From an uncultured Chloroflexia bacterium (GTDB taxonomy: Bacteria; Chloroflexota; Limnocylindria; QHBO01): a stretch of 64,000 nucleotides of DNA. The notes below the pieces were generated by a model. That model saw nothing but the letters and a program-made list of their open reading frames with translations. It was not told where the DNA came from and did no database searches. The translations under genes were made by a program, and so were the position numbers. Below are positions 19,076 to 29,219 of the stretch, in pieces. The DNA lies in the NCBI GenBank assembly GCA_963827475.1, contig CAWHAZ010000004.1, forward strand, positions 32,001 to 96,000, given 5' to 3'. Each line of letters begins with the position of its first letter. Positions within the stretch are counted from its first letter, which is position 1.

Positions 19076-20149
19076 ATGACCGACCCCGTGACCGATGACG
19101 AGGAAGTCCCCCACGAGGACGGCTTCGACGAGGACGGCTTCGACGATCTGAGCTTCGACGAGCCTGCTGCCTCCGGCCGCAAGCGCGACCGGCTGGCTCG
19201 CCTGCTATCGGTCATCACCATCCTCTACAGCCGTGGCAGCGGAGAGCAGGGCGTCGCCGTCGATGACATCGCCAGCCTGACCGGGATGAACAAGCGAACG
19301 GTCTACCGCGACCTGAAGGCACTCGAGGACGAGCTGGCGGTCCCGATCTTCCAGGCCGGCCGCGGACGATACGGGATCGAAAAGAAGTACTTCCTGCCGC
19401 CGCTCCAGCTCACCGTGCCCGAAGGGGTCGTCCTGTTCCTCGCGTCACGCCTCATCGCCCAGTGGTCGGACGAGTCGGACCAGGCGGTCATCAGCGCCTT
19501 CACCAAGATCGCGGCCGAGCTGCCCCAGCCCATCGCCCGCCACGTGACGGCGACCATGCTGGCCGTGGGCGAGCTGGACTCGAACGAGCCGTTCACCGCG
19601 ACCTTCAACACCGTCGCTCGCGGCTGGGCCGAGGGGCGGGTGGTCGAGGTCATCTACGCACCAAGCGCCGGTGAATCCCGGAGGACCCGGATCCGGCCGT
19701 ACCTGCTCGAGCCGTCCGCTGCCGGACGGAGCATCTACGTCATCGGCTACGACGAAACCGCCGACGCGATGCGGACCTACAAGATCGAGCGCATCCAGCA
19801 GGCGATCCTGACCGTCGACCGATACGAGATCCCCGACGAATTCCAGCCCGACCAGTTCCTCGCCAACTCGTGGGGCATCTGGTCGTCCGACACGACCGCG
19901 CCGGTCGACGTCCGCCTGCGCTTCGACGCCGGAGTCGCGCGGCGCGTCCACGAAACGATCTGGCACCGGTCGCAGGTCCTGACCGACCTGCCCGACGGAC
20001 GCGTCGACCTGGCGGTGCGCGTGGCGGGGATCGTCGAGATCCGGCCCTGGATCCTGTCGTGGGGAGACCAGGTGGAGGTCCTCGAGCCGCCCGAGCTGCG
20101 GGACGTGGTCGCCACCGCTCTCCGGGGAGCGGCCGGCCGCTACGCCTGA
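19076..20149 (+). CDS. HTH-WYL-WCX transcriptional regulator (PafB/PafC/DriD-like)
   Basis: RLARLLSVI..RTVYRDLKALE HTH; RRTRIRPYLL..IYVIGYD..RTYKIERI WYL domain; WILSWGDQVEVLEPPELR WCX domain. Confidence 0.93.
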   Translation: MTDPVTDDEEVPHEDGFDEDGFDDLSFDEPAASGRKRDRLARLLSVITILYSRGSGEQGVAVDDIASLTGMNKRTVYRDLKALEDELAVPIFQAGRGRYGIEKKYFLPPLQLTVPEGVVLFLASRLIAQWSDESDQAVISAFTKIAAELPQPIARHVTATMLAVGELDSNEPFTATFNTVARGWAEGRVVEVIYAPSAGESRRTRIRPYLLEPSAAGRSIYVIGYDETADAMRTYKIERIQQAILTVDRYEIPDEFQPDQFLANSWGIWSSDTTAPVDVRLRFDAGVARRVHETIWHRSQVLTDLPDGRVDLAVRVAGIVEIRPWILSWGDQVEVLEPPELRDVVATALRGAAGRYA

Positions 20150-20844
20150 GGTTCGCCCAGCGGAAGTCGGAGCAGGAGAGCCAGGGTCGGACGTGCGCGC
20201 GGCTCGGCCGGCGTCACCGGCATCCGCAGCCACGCGTCGCCGGCCACCCCGGCCCGGTGGCGCGCCGACAGACGCCGGGCGGAGAGTCCCTCGATCCCGA
20301 GACGGGACAGGGCCTCGGCCACCAGCGTTCCATCCCCGACGTAGCCATGGCCGACCGTGATCCGATCCCCGGGAGCCAGGATCCGTCCCAGCCAGTCCCG
20401 TCGGATCCGGAAGGTGCGCTTCAGGACAGATTCCCCACCGGCCCACAGCAGGTCGGCGGCGACGTACGCCGCTCGACCGGCGCCGCGCTCGGATCCGCTC
20501 AGCCGGGCCCGCAGCAGATCCGCGTCCGGCCGGCCCTCCGGATCGAGGACGAGCAGCGTCCCGTCGAGCGCCACCCCGTCCTCCGCCAGCTGGCCCGGCA
20601 GCTCACGCAGCTCGGGGAACGCGGTGTCGGCATCCGCCAGGCCGGCGACCTGGAGCCGGACTCGACCGCGTTCGGCGAGGGCGGTGGCCCGGACCCCCGG
20701 CCACCAGGGCTCGAACAGGTAGTCCGGATCGTCGAACGGCGCGGGCGCGTCGGCCGGCTGCATGGGGGCAATCCGTTCCGGCAGCCGGTAACCGGGAGCG
20801 TCCGCCTCCGGATAGGCGGGCAGTGGAAGCTGTTCGGGCGGCAC
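20140..20844 (-). CDS. LigD-like ATP-dependent ligase adenylation domain, no OB domain, catalytic Lys absent
   Basis: IAPMQP, FEPWWPGVR (canonical EPKWDGxR), AFPEL, LDGTLLVLD..GRP, YVAADLLW, IEGLSARR, WLRMP (canonical WLKIK). Confidence 0.8.
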   Translation of the reverse strand: MPPEQLPLPAYPEADAPGYRLPERIAPMQPADAPAPFDDPDYLFEPWWPGVRATALAERGRVRLQVAGLADADTAFPELRELPGQLAEDGVALDGTLLVLDPEGRPDADLLRARLSGSERGAGRAAYVAADLLWAGGESVLKRTFRIRRDWLGRILAPGDRITVGHGYVGDGTLVAEALSRLGIEGLSARRLSARHRAGVAGDAWLRMPVTPAEPRARPTLALLLRLPLGEPQA

Positions 20845-20852
20845 GCCGCCGG

Positions 20853-21767
20853 TCAGGCGGTCTTTCGCCGCCTGGTCTGGGGAGCCTCGTCAGCCTCGGC
20901 CGATTTCTTCGCTCGGCTCCGCCGCGCGGGCGTCGGCTTGGCGGCGGCCTTCTCTCCGGCGTCCGCTCCCGCCGCCGCGTCGCGGCGGGCCTCGCGGGCA
21001 GCGGCCACGCTGGCCTCCAGGGCGGCCATCAGGTCGCCGATCTTGGTCGGCTCGGTGGCCGCGATCGGCGTCGGCTCCTCGCCGGAGACCTTGGCCTCGA
21101 TGACGCCCATCAGCGCCTGGCGGTACTCGTCCCGGAACTCCTCGGCACTGAACTCGCTGGTCATGGATGCGATGAGCTGCTCGGCCATCTTCCGCTCCGA
21201 GGCCTTGATCTCGATCCCGCTGCTGTCGACCGCCAGCTCCTCGATGGGCCGGATCTCGTCCGGCCAGTGGAGGGTGGTCATGAGCATCGACTCGGCATAC
21301 GGGTTGATGGCCGCCAGCTGCTCGCGATCCTTCATGACGACCTTGCAGATCGCGCTCTTGCCCTCGTCGGCGAGGACCTGGCGGAGGAGGAAGAAGGCCT
21401 TCTTGCCGACGGGGTCGGGCTCGAGGTAGTAGGCGCTCTTCACGAACGCTGCGCCGTGGTCTTCCTTGTCGGCGGCCACGAACATCGCGATCTCGATGGA
21501 GCGGACCGTCTTGAGCGGCACCGCCTCGAGGTCCTCATCGGTCACGACCACGTATCGGCCCTTGCTCCATTCGTAGCCGCGGACCGTCTCGGAGCGCGGG
21601 ACGACCTCGTCGTGGAACGGGCAGTAGATCTTCATCTGGATCCGGTTCAGGCAGCTGGCGTGCAGCATGTTGAAGCCGATTCCGCTCGACTCGGTCGCGA
21701 GGTAGAGCTTGACGGGGATCGTCACCAGCCCGAACTGGATCGCCCCCCGCCACATCGCGCGTGCCAT
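20853..21767 (-). CDS. ku: Non-homologous end-joining protein Ku
   Basis: MARAMWRGAIQFGLVTIPVKLY..GYE..YYLEP..LHWPDEIR..DEYR..DLMAALEASV, basic C-terminal tail. Confidence 0.96.
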   Translation of the reverse strand: MARAMWRGAIQFGLVTIPVKLYLATESSGIGFNMLHASCLNRIQMKIYCPFHDEVVPRSETVRGYEWSKGRYVVVTDEDLEAVPLKTVRSIEIAMFVAADKEDHGAAFVKSAYYLEPDPVGKKAFFLLRQVLADEGKSAICKVVMKDREQLAAINPYAESMLMTTLHWPDEIRPIEELAVDSSGIEIKASERKMAEQLIASMTSEFSAEEFRDEYRQALMGVIEAKVSGEEPTPIAATEPTKIGDLMAALEASVAAAREARRDAAAGADAGEKAAAKPTPARRSRAKKSAEADEAPQTRRRKTA

Positions 21768-21830
21768 AGGGCCGTCGAGGATACACCCGGTCCGCCACCG
21801 CGGCGATCGGTCGCCCCGGCCGATTCCGGG

Positions 21831-22432
21831 CTAGGACTCGACCTCGGGCGGGAGCCAGCTGCGGGCTTCGTCTTCGGGGATGAGGTCCTCGAGGGCCGAG
21901 CCGGGCCCGGCGTCATCGGCGACCACCAGCATCTCCGCCACCTTGCGCTGGACCGCGAGTACAGGGGCGTTGCGGTTGAAGCCCGGGAACGCCGCGGATG
22001 CCACGGCCACGTCGGTCAGGGCCAGGAACGGATCGGCCACGTTCAGGACGTCGGTCGCCTGGCTGCCGAAGGGAACGTGGACGGTGCCCGACAGCCAGAA
22101 GGGGTGCAGCGCGACGTCGATCCGGACCGGGCGCTTCTGGACGACCAGATCCGGGTTCGCGCTGTCGTCGACACCAGTGCTGATCCCGAACAGGACCGCT
22201 TCCACGGCGACCATGACCGTGCTCCCGCTGTGGGTCGCTGCCGCGGTCTCGCCGAATACTCGACGACGGTGGCCTGCTCGACGTTGAGGTGGGTCGACCC
22301 GCTCAGGTTGAGGATGTCGGCGACGCGCCGAAAGCGGGTCGCCATCTCGCCCCGCACCCGGTAGCCGGGGGTGTACAGCTCGACCTGCACCCGGCTGATC
22401 TGCGGACCGAAGGCATCAGGGTCCCATCCCAT
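21831..22432 (-). CDS. Hypothetical protein with two similar beta-rich repeats (DUF6812-like; frameshift near 22250)
   Basis: Repeat 1 VELYTPGYRVRGEM..RRVADILN..HLNVEQATV; repeat 2 IDVALHPFWLSGTVHV..ATDVLN..FLALTDVAV. Confidence 0.6.
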
Positions 22433-22441
22433 CGGCCGATC

Positions 22442-23219
22442 CTAGCGCTTGCGCGCCTTCCAGACCTCTTCGCTCGGCCACCGGCGTGCCCAGTCGATGG
22501 TGGCGATGTTCTCCCACGTCGTGGTCGAGCCCTCCGGCGGCTGGATCTCCATGAGGTCCGTGACCTCGAACCCAGTCCGGGTGAGAAGTCGAAACATGTC
22601 GCTGTGCGACAGGTGGAACTCCACCGCGTTCGGGTCGTCCGGCCATTCGAACCGATGCATGCCGAACTGGGGACGCCTCAGGCGCTCCCCGGCCGGTCCC
22701 TCGGCCTCGGTGTCGGGGACGGCGAGCATGACGAGCACGCTGTTGGCGAGAAAGATCAGCTCGCCGCCGGGTCGGAGCAGCCGCCATGCTTCGGGGATCC
22801 ACTGGTAGGGATCGGCCCAGATGGCGGCGCCGTACTCGGAGATCGCCACGTCGAAGCTCTCGTCGGGCAGCGGGACGCGCTCCGCATAGCCGAGCATCAG
22901 GGGGAACGCGAGTCCGTGCTCCTGCTGAAGCCGTCGAGCCGTTTCGAGCTGTCGGGGAGAGTTGTCCAGTCCGGTGACGCGCGCACCGCGTCGTGCCATC
23001 CAGGCCGACACGTAGGCCGTCCCGCACCCGAGCTCGATGACGTCCTTCCCGTCGAGATCCTCCGGCAGCAGATGCACCTGCGATTCGGGCACGCTCCAGA
23101 TGCCCCATCTCGGCTCAGCGGCGGCCCACGCTCGCTCACCGGGCGCGACGTGCTCCTCGGCCGCTATGTCCCAACCGATGCGGTTGCGGCGGACGTGGTC
23201 CGGCAGGTCATTCGGTCAC
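22442..23219 (-). CDS. Class I SAM-dependent methyltransferase
   Basis: VIELGCGTAY, GLDNS, AERVPLPDESFD, RLLRPGG; frame stays open to about 23215, start GTG 23219 needs one indel. Confidence 0.9.
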
Positions 23220-23243
23220 CAGAGCAGTGTGTAGGATCGGGCG

Positions 23244-25572
23244 ATGGACGCGCGGGCCGATGTCCTCGGTTCAGACGCCCCGACCTTCACCGTGGAGGAG
23301 GCGGGATCGCTCGCCCACGCCCTCTTTGGCGTCAGCGGCAGCGCGGAGCCGCTGGTCAGCGAGCGGGACCAGAACTTTCGGCTGACCGATGGCGATGGCG
23401 TCGCCTGGGTCCTGAAGATCTCGAACGCGGTCGAGGACCCGGCCGTGGTCGACATGGAGGTCCAGGCCGTGCGCCACGTGGCCCGCATGGATCCGACCCT
23501 GCCGGTCCCCGTGCCGCGGCCGGCCGAGAACGGAGACGCCGTCGTTCGCGTCCCCGGTCGGGCCGGTGGCGAGCACCTCGTCCGGCTCATCCCGTTCCTG
23601 CCCGGCCGCCACGTCGACCCGTCGAGCCTGGGGCCGGAGGCCCTCGCCGAGATCGGGCGGGTCACCGCTCGCCTGGGGCGGGCGTTGCGCGGCTTCTTCC
23701 ATCCGGCCGCGGGCCGGGTGATCCTGTGGGACCTCAAGCACCTCGATCTCCTCCGGCCGCACCTGGAGGCGGTGACCGATCCGGCCCGTCGAGCCCTGGT
23801 CGACTCGGCACTCGAGCGCTACGACCGTCGGGTGGCGCCGGCCCTCCCGACCCTGCGGTCCCAGGTCATCCACAACGACCTGACCCTCGACAACCTCCTG
23901 CTCGACGGGGACCGGGTGAGCGGCATCGTCGACTTCGGCGACATGGCGCACACCGCGATGGCGCTGGATCTGTCGGCCATGCTCCAGTCGGTCCTCCGCG
24001 GCCGCTCGGACGTGTTCGAGGCCGCGGCCGCGGCGATCCGGGGCTACGTCGAGGTCACGCCCCTCGAGCCGGAGGAGGCGGACCTCCTGGCCGACCTGCT
24101 CGCGGCGAGGATGGTCCAGACCGTGCTGATCTCGGTCTGGCGCATCGCGCAGTACCCCGACAACGCCTACATCACCGGCTGGCTCGAGCCGGCATACGAG
24201 CTGCTCGAGCAGCTCGAGGCAGCCGGCTGGGAGGCGTCGGGCCATCGCCTGGCGCGCGCGGCGCGCGACCCGGTTGGCGTGCCATCCATGCAGAGCACGG
24301 ACCTCGCCGCGCGTCGACGGTGTCCTCGGCTCGGCGCTGTCGCCGCTCACCTACGAGCGGCCACTCCACGTGGTTCGGGGGGAGGGGGTGTGGCTCACCG
24401 ACGCCGACGGCAACCGCTATCTCGACGCCTACAACAACGTCCCGGTCGTGGGCCACGGCCATCCAGTCGTGGTCGAGGCGATCGCGCGCCAGGCCGGCGC
24501 GCTCAACACCAACACCCGGTACCTCCACGAGGCGGTCGTCCTGCTCGCCGAGCGGATCACGGCCAGCATGCCGCCCGGCCTGGACACGGTGATGCTCGTG
24601 AACAGCGGCAGCGAGGCAAACGACCTCGCCTGGCGCCTGGCGACGGTCTTCACCGGCGGCACGGGCGGCATCGTCAGCCGCTGGTCGTACCACGGCCTGA
24701 CAGCGGCCGTCGCCGACCTGTCGACCTCTGAGTGGCCTCGCGGGGAGCAGCCACCGGCCGTCGAGACCATCCCCGCTCCAAATCCGTACCGCGGCCCGCA
24801 CGTCGACGACTCCGACCTCGACGCCGCGAGCGCCGCCGAGCTGGACGGGGCAGTGGCGCGGCTGGCGGAGCGCGGCGTGCGGGCTGCCGCGCTCTACCTC
24901 GACGGGCTGTTCACCGCAGACGGGATCGTTCCGCCCAGCCCACGCTACCTGGAGCTCATCGCCGAGCGGGCGCGGGCGTCCGGGGTCGTGTACGTCGCCG
25001 ACGAAGTGCAGTCGGGGCACGGTCGGACCGGGGACGGCCTGTGGAGCTTCAGCGGGAGCGAGATCACGCCCGACCTCGTGACGTTGGGCAAGCCGATGGG
25101 CAACGGCCACCCGGTCGCCGCGGTCGTGGCACGGTCCGAGATCGTCGACCGCTTCGCGGTGGACCATGAGTTCTTCAGCACCTTCGGGGGCAACCCCGTG
25201 GCCAGCGCCGCAGCGCTGGCGGTCCTCGACGTCATCGAGTCGGAGCGCCTGGTCGAGAACGCGGCCGCCGTCGGCACCCGTCTGCGGGAGGCCATTCGCG
25301 ACCTGGCCGCGACGCACCCGGCGATCGGAGATGTGCGAGGCCGGGGCCTGATGGTCGGCGTGGACCTCGTCGAGGACCCCGCGACGCGCGAACCGGCCGC
25401 CCAGCTCGCCAAGGCGGTGATGAACGGCATGCGGGAGCGCGGGGTCCTGATCAGCACCACGGGCCGCGAGGGGAATGTCCTGAAGATCCGACCGCCGCTG
25501 GTCATCAGCGCGGACGAGGCCGCGATCATCGTCGAGGCCCTCGACGCATCCCTGACCGCCGCCCGCGTCTGA
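23244..25572 (+). CDS. Amino-alcohol (hydroxylysine-type) kinase fused to class III PLP aminotransferase/phospho-lyase (frameshift near 24318)
   Basis: SERDQNF, VLKISN, IHNDL, IVDFGD kinase motifs; then YLDAYNNVPVVGHGHP, NSGSEAND, ADEVQSG, LGKPMGNG, NVLKIRPPL. Confidence 0.88.
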
Positions 25573-25582
25573 CCCCGGCGGG

Positions 25583-27307
25583 CTACTCCCCCTCCAGGCT
25601 CCCGGTGGCGGTGATCCGCGCCTCCTGCCCGCCGCGCCCGGTTGCGAGCAGGATCCGGCCGCTCGCCTGGGCCTCGAACAGGGTCTCGACCGTGGCCAGG
25701 GTGTCGATGTCGGCCACCGTCTTGTCGTCGCGGACGCGGGCGATGCGCGGAAAGCGGAGCGCGAAGCCGCTGCCGTGCCGGCCGCTGCGCATGATCCGGT
25801 CGAACGCGATCTCGACGATCACCTCGGGGACGACGGTCCGGAAGCGCCCGTGGTCGCGGATGGTCGTCCGCTGGAAGTGCTCGGTGAAGGCCGCGATCTC
25901 GGCATCGGTCAGCCCGGTGTAGGCCTTGCCGATGACCACCAGCGACTCGCCGTCCGGCCCGCGGACGGCGAAGGTGTAGTCCGACAGCACGCCCCGGCGC
26001 TTGCCGTGGCCCCACTCGACACCGACCACCACGCAATCGAGGGTCGCGAGCGCCTTCTTCAGCTTGAGCCAGCCAAGTCCTCGGCGACCTGGTTGGTAGA
26101 CCGATGCGGGGTCCTTGACCATCAGCCCCTCGTTGTGCCGCGCCCGCGCGGCGTCGAAGTGGACGTCGACCTCGCCGGCCGAGCCCGCGCGGTCGAGGCG
26201 GGCGTACAGGAACCGCCCATCGGTGCGCTCGGGCAGCTCGAGCCCCTCCAGGGCGGCCCGCCGGTCGCGGAGCGGCTGTTCGAGGAGGTCCGCCCCGTCG
26301 AGATGGAGCAGGTCGAAGGCGACGAGCACAACCGGGACGCTGTCCAGCAGCCCGGCGTCGGGCCGCACCCGCCCGAGCCGCGTCTGGAGGGCGGCGAAGT
26401 CGAGGACCGCGCCTTCACGAAAGGGGATGAGCTCGCCGTCGATCAGCAGGGCGTGGCCCAGGGCGGTGGCAGCGGTCGCGACCTCGGGAAACGAAACGGT
26501 GACGTCCTTCAGGTCGCGGCTGAACAGGCGGGCTTCGCCGTCGCGGAGATGGAGCTGGGCGCGGATGCCGTCGTACTTGTCCTCGATCCACGCCTCGTCG
26601 CCAACCCGCCGCATGACCTCGTCCGCATCGCCGACCGGGGTGGCGAGCATCGGACGGATCGGCCGGCCGACCTGCAGTGCGGCCTCGTCGAGCCTCTGTC
26701 GCCGGGCCAGGGTGGCCGCTTCGCCAGGCTCTCCGAGGAGCATGAGCGCGCGGCGCACCGATGCGAGCGGGGCGTCGAACGCGGCGGCAATCGCCTCCTC
26801 CAGCAGCCCTTCGCGCAGGCCGATCCGCAGCTCACGGGCCGCGATCCGGGCGATGTAGCGAGCCTCATCCGATGTGGCGCGACCGAACAGGTCGGCCATG
26901 ATCCGCACCCGCTCGTCCGCCGCGGAGGCGACGGCCATGGCCCGGTAGGCGGCCGCCACATCGGCCACGGTCAGCGGCGCCGGCGAGAGCGGGCGGGCGG
27001 CGAGCAGCTCCGCCGCCACGTCGCCAAAATCGGAGTGGCGCAGCCACGCAGCGGACATGGCGGCCTCGTCCGCCCCGCTCGCCGCGGCGAGCGCCGCCGC
27101 CTGGTGGACAAAACCGAGCCCCAGCCGGTCCGCGGAGCCGGGCAGCGGCGACCCTGCCAGGAACGTGGCCGCCAGCGGCAGGTCCCCGGCCGGCAGCTCG
27201 CGCAGGTACGCCCCCAGCCGGTCGCGCTTGGCGAGCTTCGACCGTGTCGCGGCGACGTCGTCGGCGGCCTGGGCGAAGGCGGCGAACGGGGAGCTGCGGG
27301 CGGCCAC
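25583..27307 (-). CDS. ligB: ATP-dependent DNA ligase (LigB/Cdc9 type), intact motifs
   Basis: N-terminal DNA-binding domain, PMLA, EDKYDGIRAQ, IDGE, FDLL, EGLMVK, WLKLK, ALRFPR. Confidence 0.93.
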   Translation of the reverse strand: MAARSSPFAAFAQAADDVAATRSKLAKRDRLGAYLRELPAGDLPLAATFLAGSPLPGSADRLGLGFVHQAAALAAASGADEAAMSAAWLRHSDFGDVAAELLAARPLSPAPLTVADVAAAYRAMAVASAADERVRIMADLFGRATSDEARYIARIAARELRIGLREGLLEEAIAAAFDAPLASVRRALMLLGEPGEAATLARRQRLDEAALQVGRPIRPMLATPVGDADEVMRRVGDEAWIEDKYDGIRAQLHLRDGEARLFSRDLKDVTVSFPEVATAATALGHALLIDGELIPFREGAVLDFAALQTRLGRVRPDAGLLDSVPVVLVAFDLLHLDGADLLEQPLRDRRAALEGLELPERTDGRFLYARLDRAGSAGEVDVHFDAARARHNEGLMVKDPASVYQPGRRGLGWLKLKKALATLDCVVVGVEWGHGKRRGVLSDYTFAVRGPDGESLVVIGKAYTGLTDAEIAAFTEHFQRTTIRDHGRFRTVVPEVIVEIAFDRIMRSGRHGSGFALRFPRIARVRDDKTVADIDTLATVETLFEAQASGRILLATGRGGQEARITATGSLEGE

Positions 27308-27314
27308 GCCCACG

Positions 27315-27358
27315 AGTCTAGGCGCCCGCTTGACGGGCGCCATCGGTCCGGCCACCCT
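27315..27358. promoter_or_regulatory. Divergent promoter with 8-bp inverted repeat GGCGCCCG-N5-CGGGCGCC
   Basis: Minus-strand TAGACT 7 nt before the ligB GTG; plus-strand TTGACG-N17-CACCCT before ATG 27368. Confidence 0.5.
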
Positions 27359-27367
27359 TCCCGCCGC

Positions 27368-27968
27368 ATGACCTCCTTCGCCCGCGACGTCCCGCCGGCG
27401 GTCGCCGACCGCCTGCCGCCGGGGCAGGTGCTCACCGAGAAATTCCCCGTGCTCCAGTTCGGCCAGGTGCCCGCGTACCCCGACCTGTCGGGCTGGGACC
27501 TGCGGGTCTGGGGCGCGGTCGAGCAGCCCATCACGCTGAAGTGGGCGGAGGTCCGCGCCCTGCCGGTCCGCGAGGTGACGCTCGACATCCATTGCGTGAC
27601 CCGCTGGTCGAAGCTCGACACGACCTGGGAGGGTGCCCCGATCGCCCACCTGGCGGAGGCTGCCGCCATCCAGCGGGAGGCGACGCACGTGATCTTCCAC
27701 TCCGAGTACGGCTACACCGCCAACGTTCCGCTGGAGCATCGCCCTCCAGCCGGACGCGCTCGTGGCCTGGAACTACGACGGCAAGCCCCTCGAGCCGGAG
27801 CACGGCTATCCGCTGCGCGCGCTGGTCCCGGGTCGCTACTTCTGGAAGAGCGCGAAGTGGCTGCGCGGGATCGAGTTCAGCGTGGACGACCGGCCCGGAT
27901 TCTGGGAGCGGAACGGGTACAACAACAACGCCGACCCGTGGCGCGAGGAGCGGTACTCCGATGACTGA
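27368..27968 (+). CDS. Sulfite-oxidase-like molybdopterin oxidoreductase (YuiH type; frameshift near 27740)
   Basis: [51 protein letters not shown]. Confidence 0.92.
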
Positions 27969-28392
27969 GCAGTACCCAACCCCGGCGCCGCCGTATCAGC
28001 CCGCGGAGTACCCCCCGCCCGCGCAGTACCCGCCACCGGACCAGCCTCCGCCACCGGCACCGGCACCCAGCGCGGCCCCGTCCCGCCGGCTCTCGCCCCT
28101 GTGGCAGACGGCGGTCGTCTGTTTCGTGGGGCTCACCGTGTCCGGCGCTCTGGTCGTCTTGTCCCTGTTCAGCCGCAACCTGTTCGTGCCACTCACCCTG
28201 GGGGCCACCTTGATCGCGGTCGCGGTCGGCATCTACGCCGCGGTCCAGGGCTGGCGCGGGTCGCAACGGGCGGCTCGTCGGGGGGCGCAGGGCAGGTCCG
28301 CGGCGATCGCGCTGGTATCGGGCGCCATGCTCATCGTGGCCGCCGTCGCGATCTCCGGCGCGATCTGGATCGTGCTCCTCTTCTTCCTCTAG
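27961..28392 (+). CDS. Hypothetical membrane protein with Pro-rich N-terminus and three TM helices
   Basis: [20 protein letters not shown].. followed by three hydrophobic segments; start overlaps the previous stop. Confidence 0.7.
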   Translation: MTEQYPTPAPPYQPAEYPPPAQYPPPDQPPPPAPAPSAAPSRRLSPLWQTAVVCFVGLTVSGALVVLSLFSRNLFVPLTLGATLIAVAVGIYAAVQGWRGSQRAARRGAQGRSAAIALVSGAMLIVAAVAISGAIWIVLLFFL

Positions 28393-28416
28393 ATCCGCCT
28401 ACCATTGGGGCCGCGA

Positions 28417-28493
28417 GCCCCCATCGTCTAGAGGCCTAGGACGCCACCCTTTCAAGGTGGAGATCACCGGTTCGAATCCGGTTGGGGGCGCCA
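28417..28493 (+). tRNA. tRNA-Glu (TTC)
   Basis: GCCCCCA acceptor stem, CCACC-CTTTCAA-GGTGG anticodon arm, GGTTCGAATCC T arm, encoded CCA. Confidence 0.97.
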
Positions 28494-28505
28494 GCCCATC
28501 GCACC

Positions 28506-28685
28506 TCAGACGTGGTGGATCTCCATCCGCTCGCCGCACTCGGGGCAGTGGAGGAGGAGCAGTTTCGGATCGTCCGGCGTGGGCCGCCAGGTGTAGACGT
28601 CCGCTTCGGTCACGATCTCGCCGCAGGTTGGGCACTCGGCGCCCAGCTGCAGCCAATCGGCCCGAGGAAGGGACTGGCGACCCAT
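28506..28685 (-). CDS. Small CPxCG zinc-ribbon protein (59 aa; absent from the ORF track)
   Basis: MGRQSLPRADWLQLGAECPTCGEIVTEADVYTWRPTPDDPKLLLLHCPECGERMEIHHV; starts 10 nt after the upstream stop. Confidence 0.78.
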   Translation of the reverse strand: MGRQSLPRADWLQLGAECPTCGEIVTEADVYTWRPTPDDPKLLLLHCPECGERMEIHHV

Positions 28686-28694
28686 CGGTCTTCT

Positions 28695-29219
28695 CTACGT
28701 CTGCGGCTCGGCGGGAGCCGGCGAACCCTCTCCCGAGGCTGGCGGACCCTCCTCGAGCTGCGGCGAGGCGGGCTCGGCGGGAATCACCTCGATCGCCGGC
28801 GGCTCGGCGACGGTCCCGCCCGGTGGCGCCCAGCCGGGCATCCGGCTCGGCGGCTCGGCCAATGCGGCGCGTGCGGCCGCCGCTTCCTCCGGGCTGGCCA
28901 GCAGCGAGTAGCGCATCGCGTCATAGCCCGGCCAGTGGCCGACGTCCCCGTCGCGGATCATGATCGAGCGGCGGAGGTGGGACCCGGTCACGTCCTGGAC
29001 CGACCGGTCGAGCACCTCGTAGTCGTGACCGGTGACCTCGCGCAGGGCCGCGGGCAGGGTCTCGACCAGGTAGGCCGGATCGGGGTTGGCCGCCAGCGCG
29101 AGGTCCAGCGCCTCGACCACCTGGGCGTCGGGCAGGTCGCGGGGCAGAGGGCGCGACACGTAGGCCATCCGGGAATCCCGGCTGGGCCCCATCAACGTGC
29201 GCCACAGGCTCCGCACCAT
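28695..29219 (-). CDS. Hypothetical protein (globular N-terminal half, Pro/Glu-rich tail)
   Basis: Open frame with typical composition; TACAAT 9 nt upstream of ATG 29219; alternative start 29168. Confidence 0.65.
   Translation of the reverse strand: MVRSLWRTLMGPSRDSRMAYVSRPLPRDLPDAQVVEALDLALAANPDPAYLVETLPAALREVTGHDYEVLDRSVQDVTGSHLRRSIMIRDGDVGHWPGYDAMRYSLLASPEEAAAARAALAEPPSRMPGWAPPGGTVAEPPAIEVIPAEPASPQLEEGPPASGEGSPAPAEPQT

Noticed and set aside
27308-27739. N-terminal extension of LigB in the ORF track
   Set aside because: Antisense to the molybdopterin oxidoreductase; GTG 27307 has a properly placed -10 box
28417-28493. tRNA-Glu or tRNA-Thr as integration site of an island
   Set aside because: No integrase, no duplicated tRNA 3' end and no obvious composition shift
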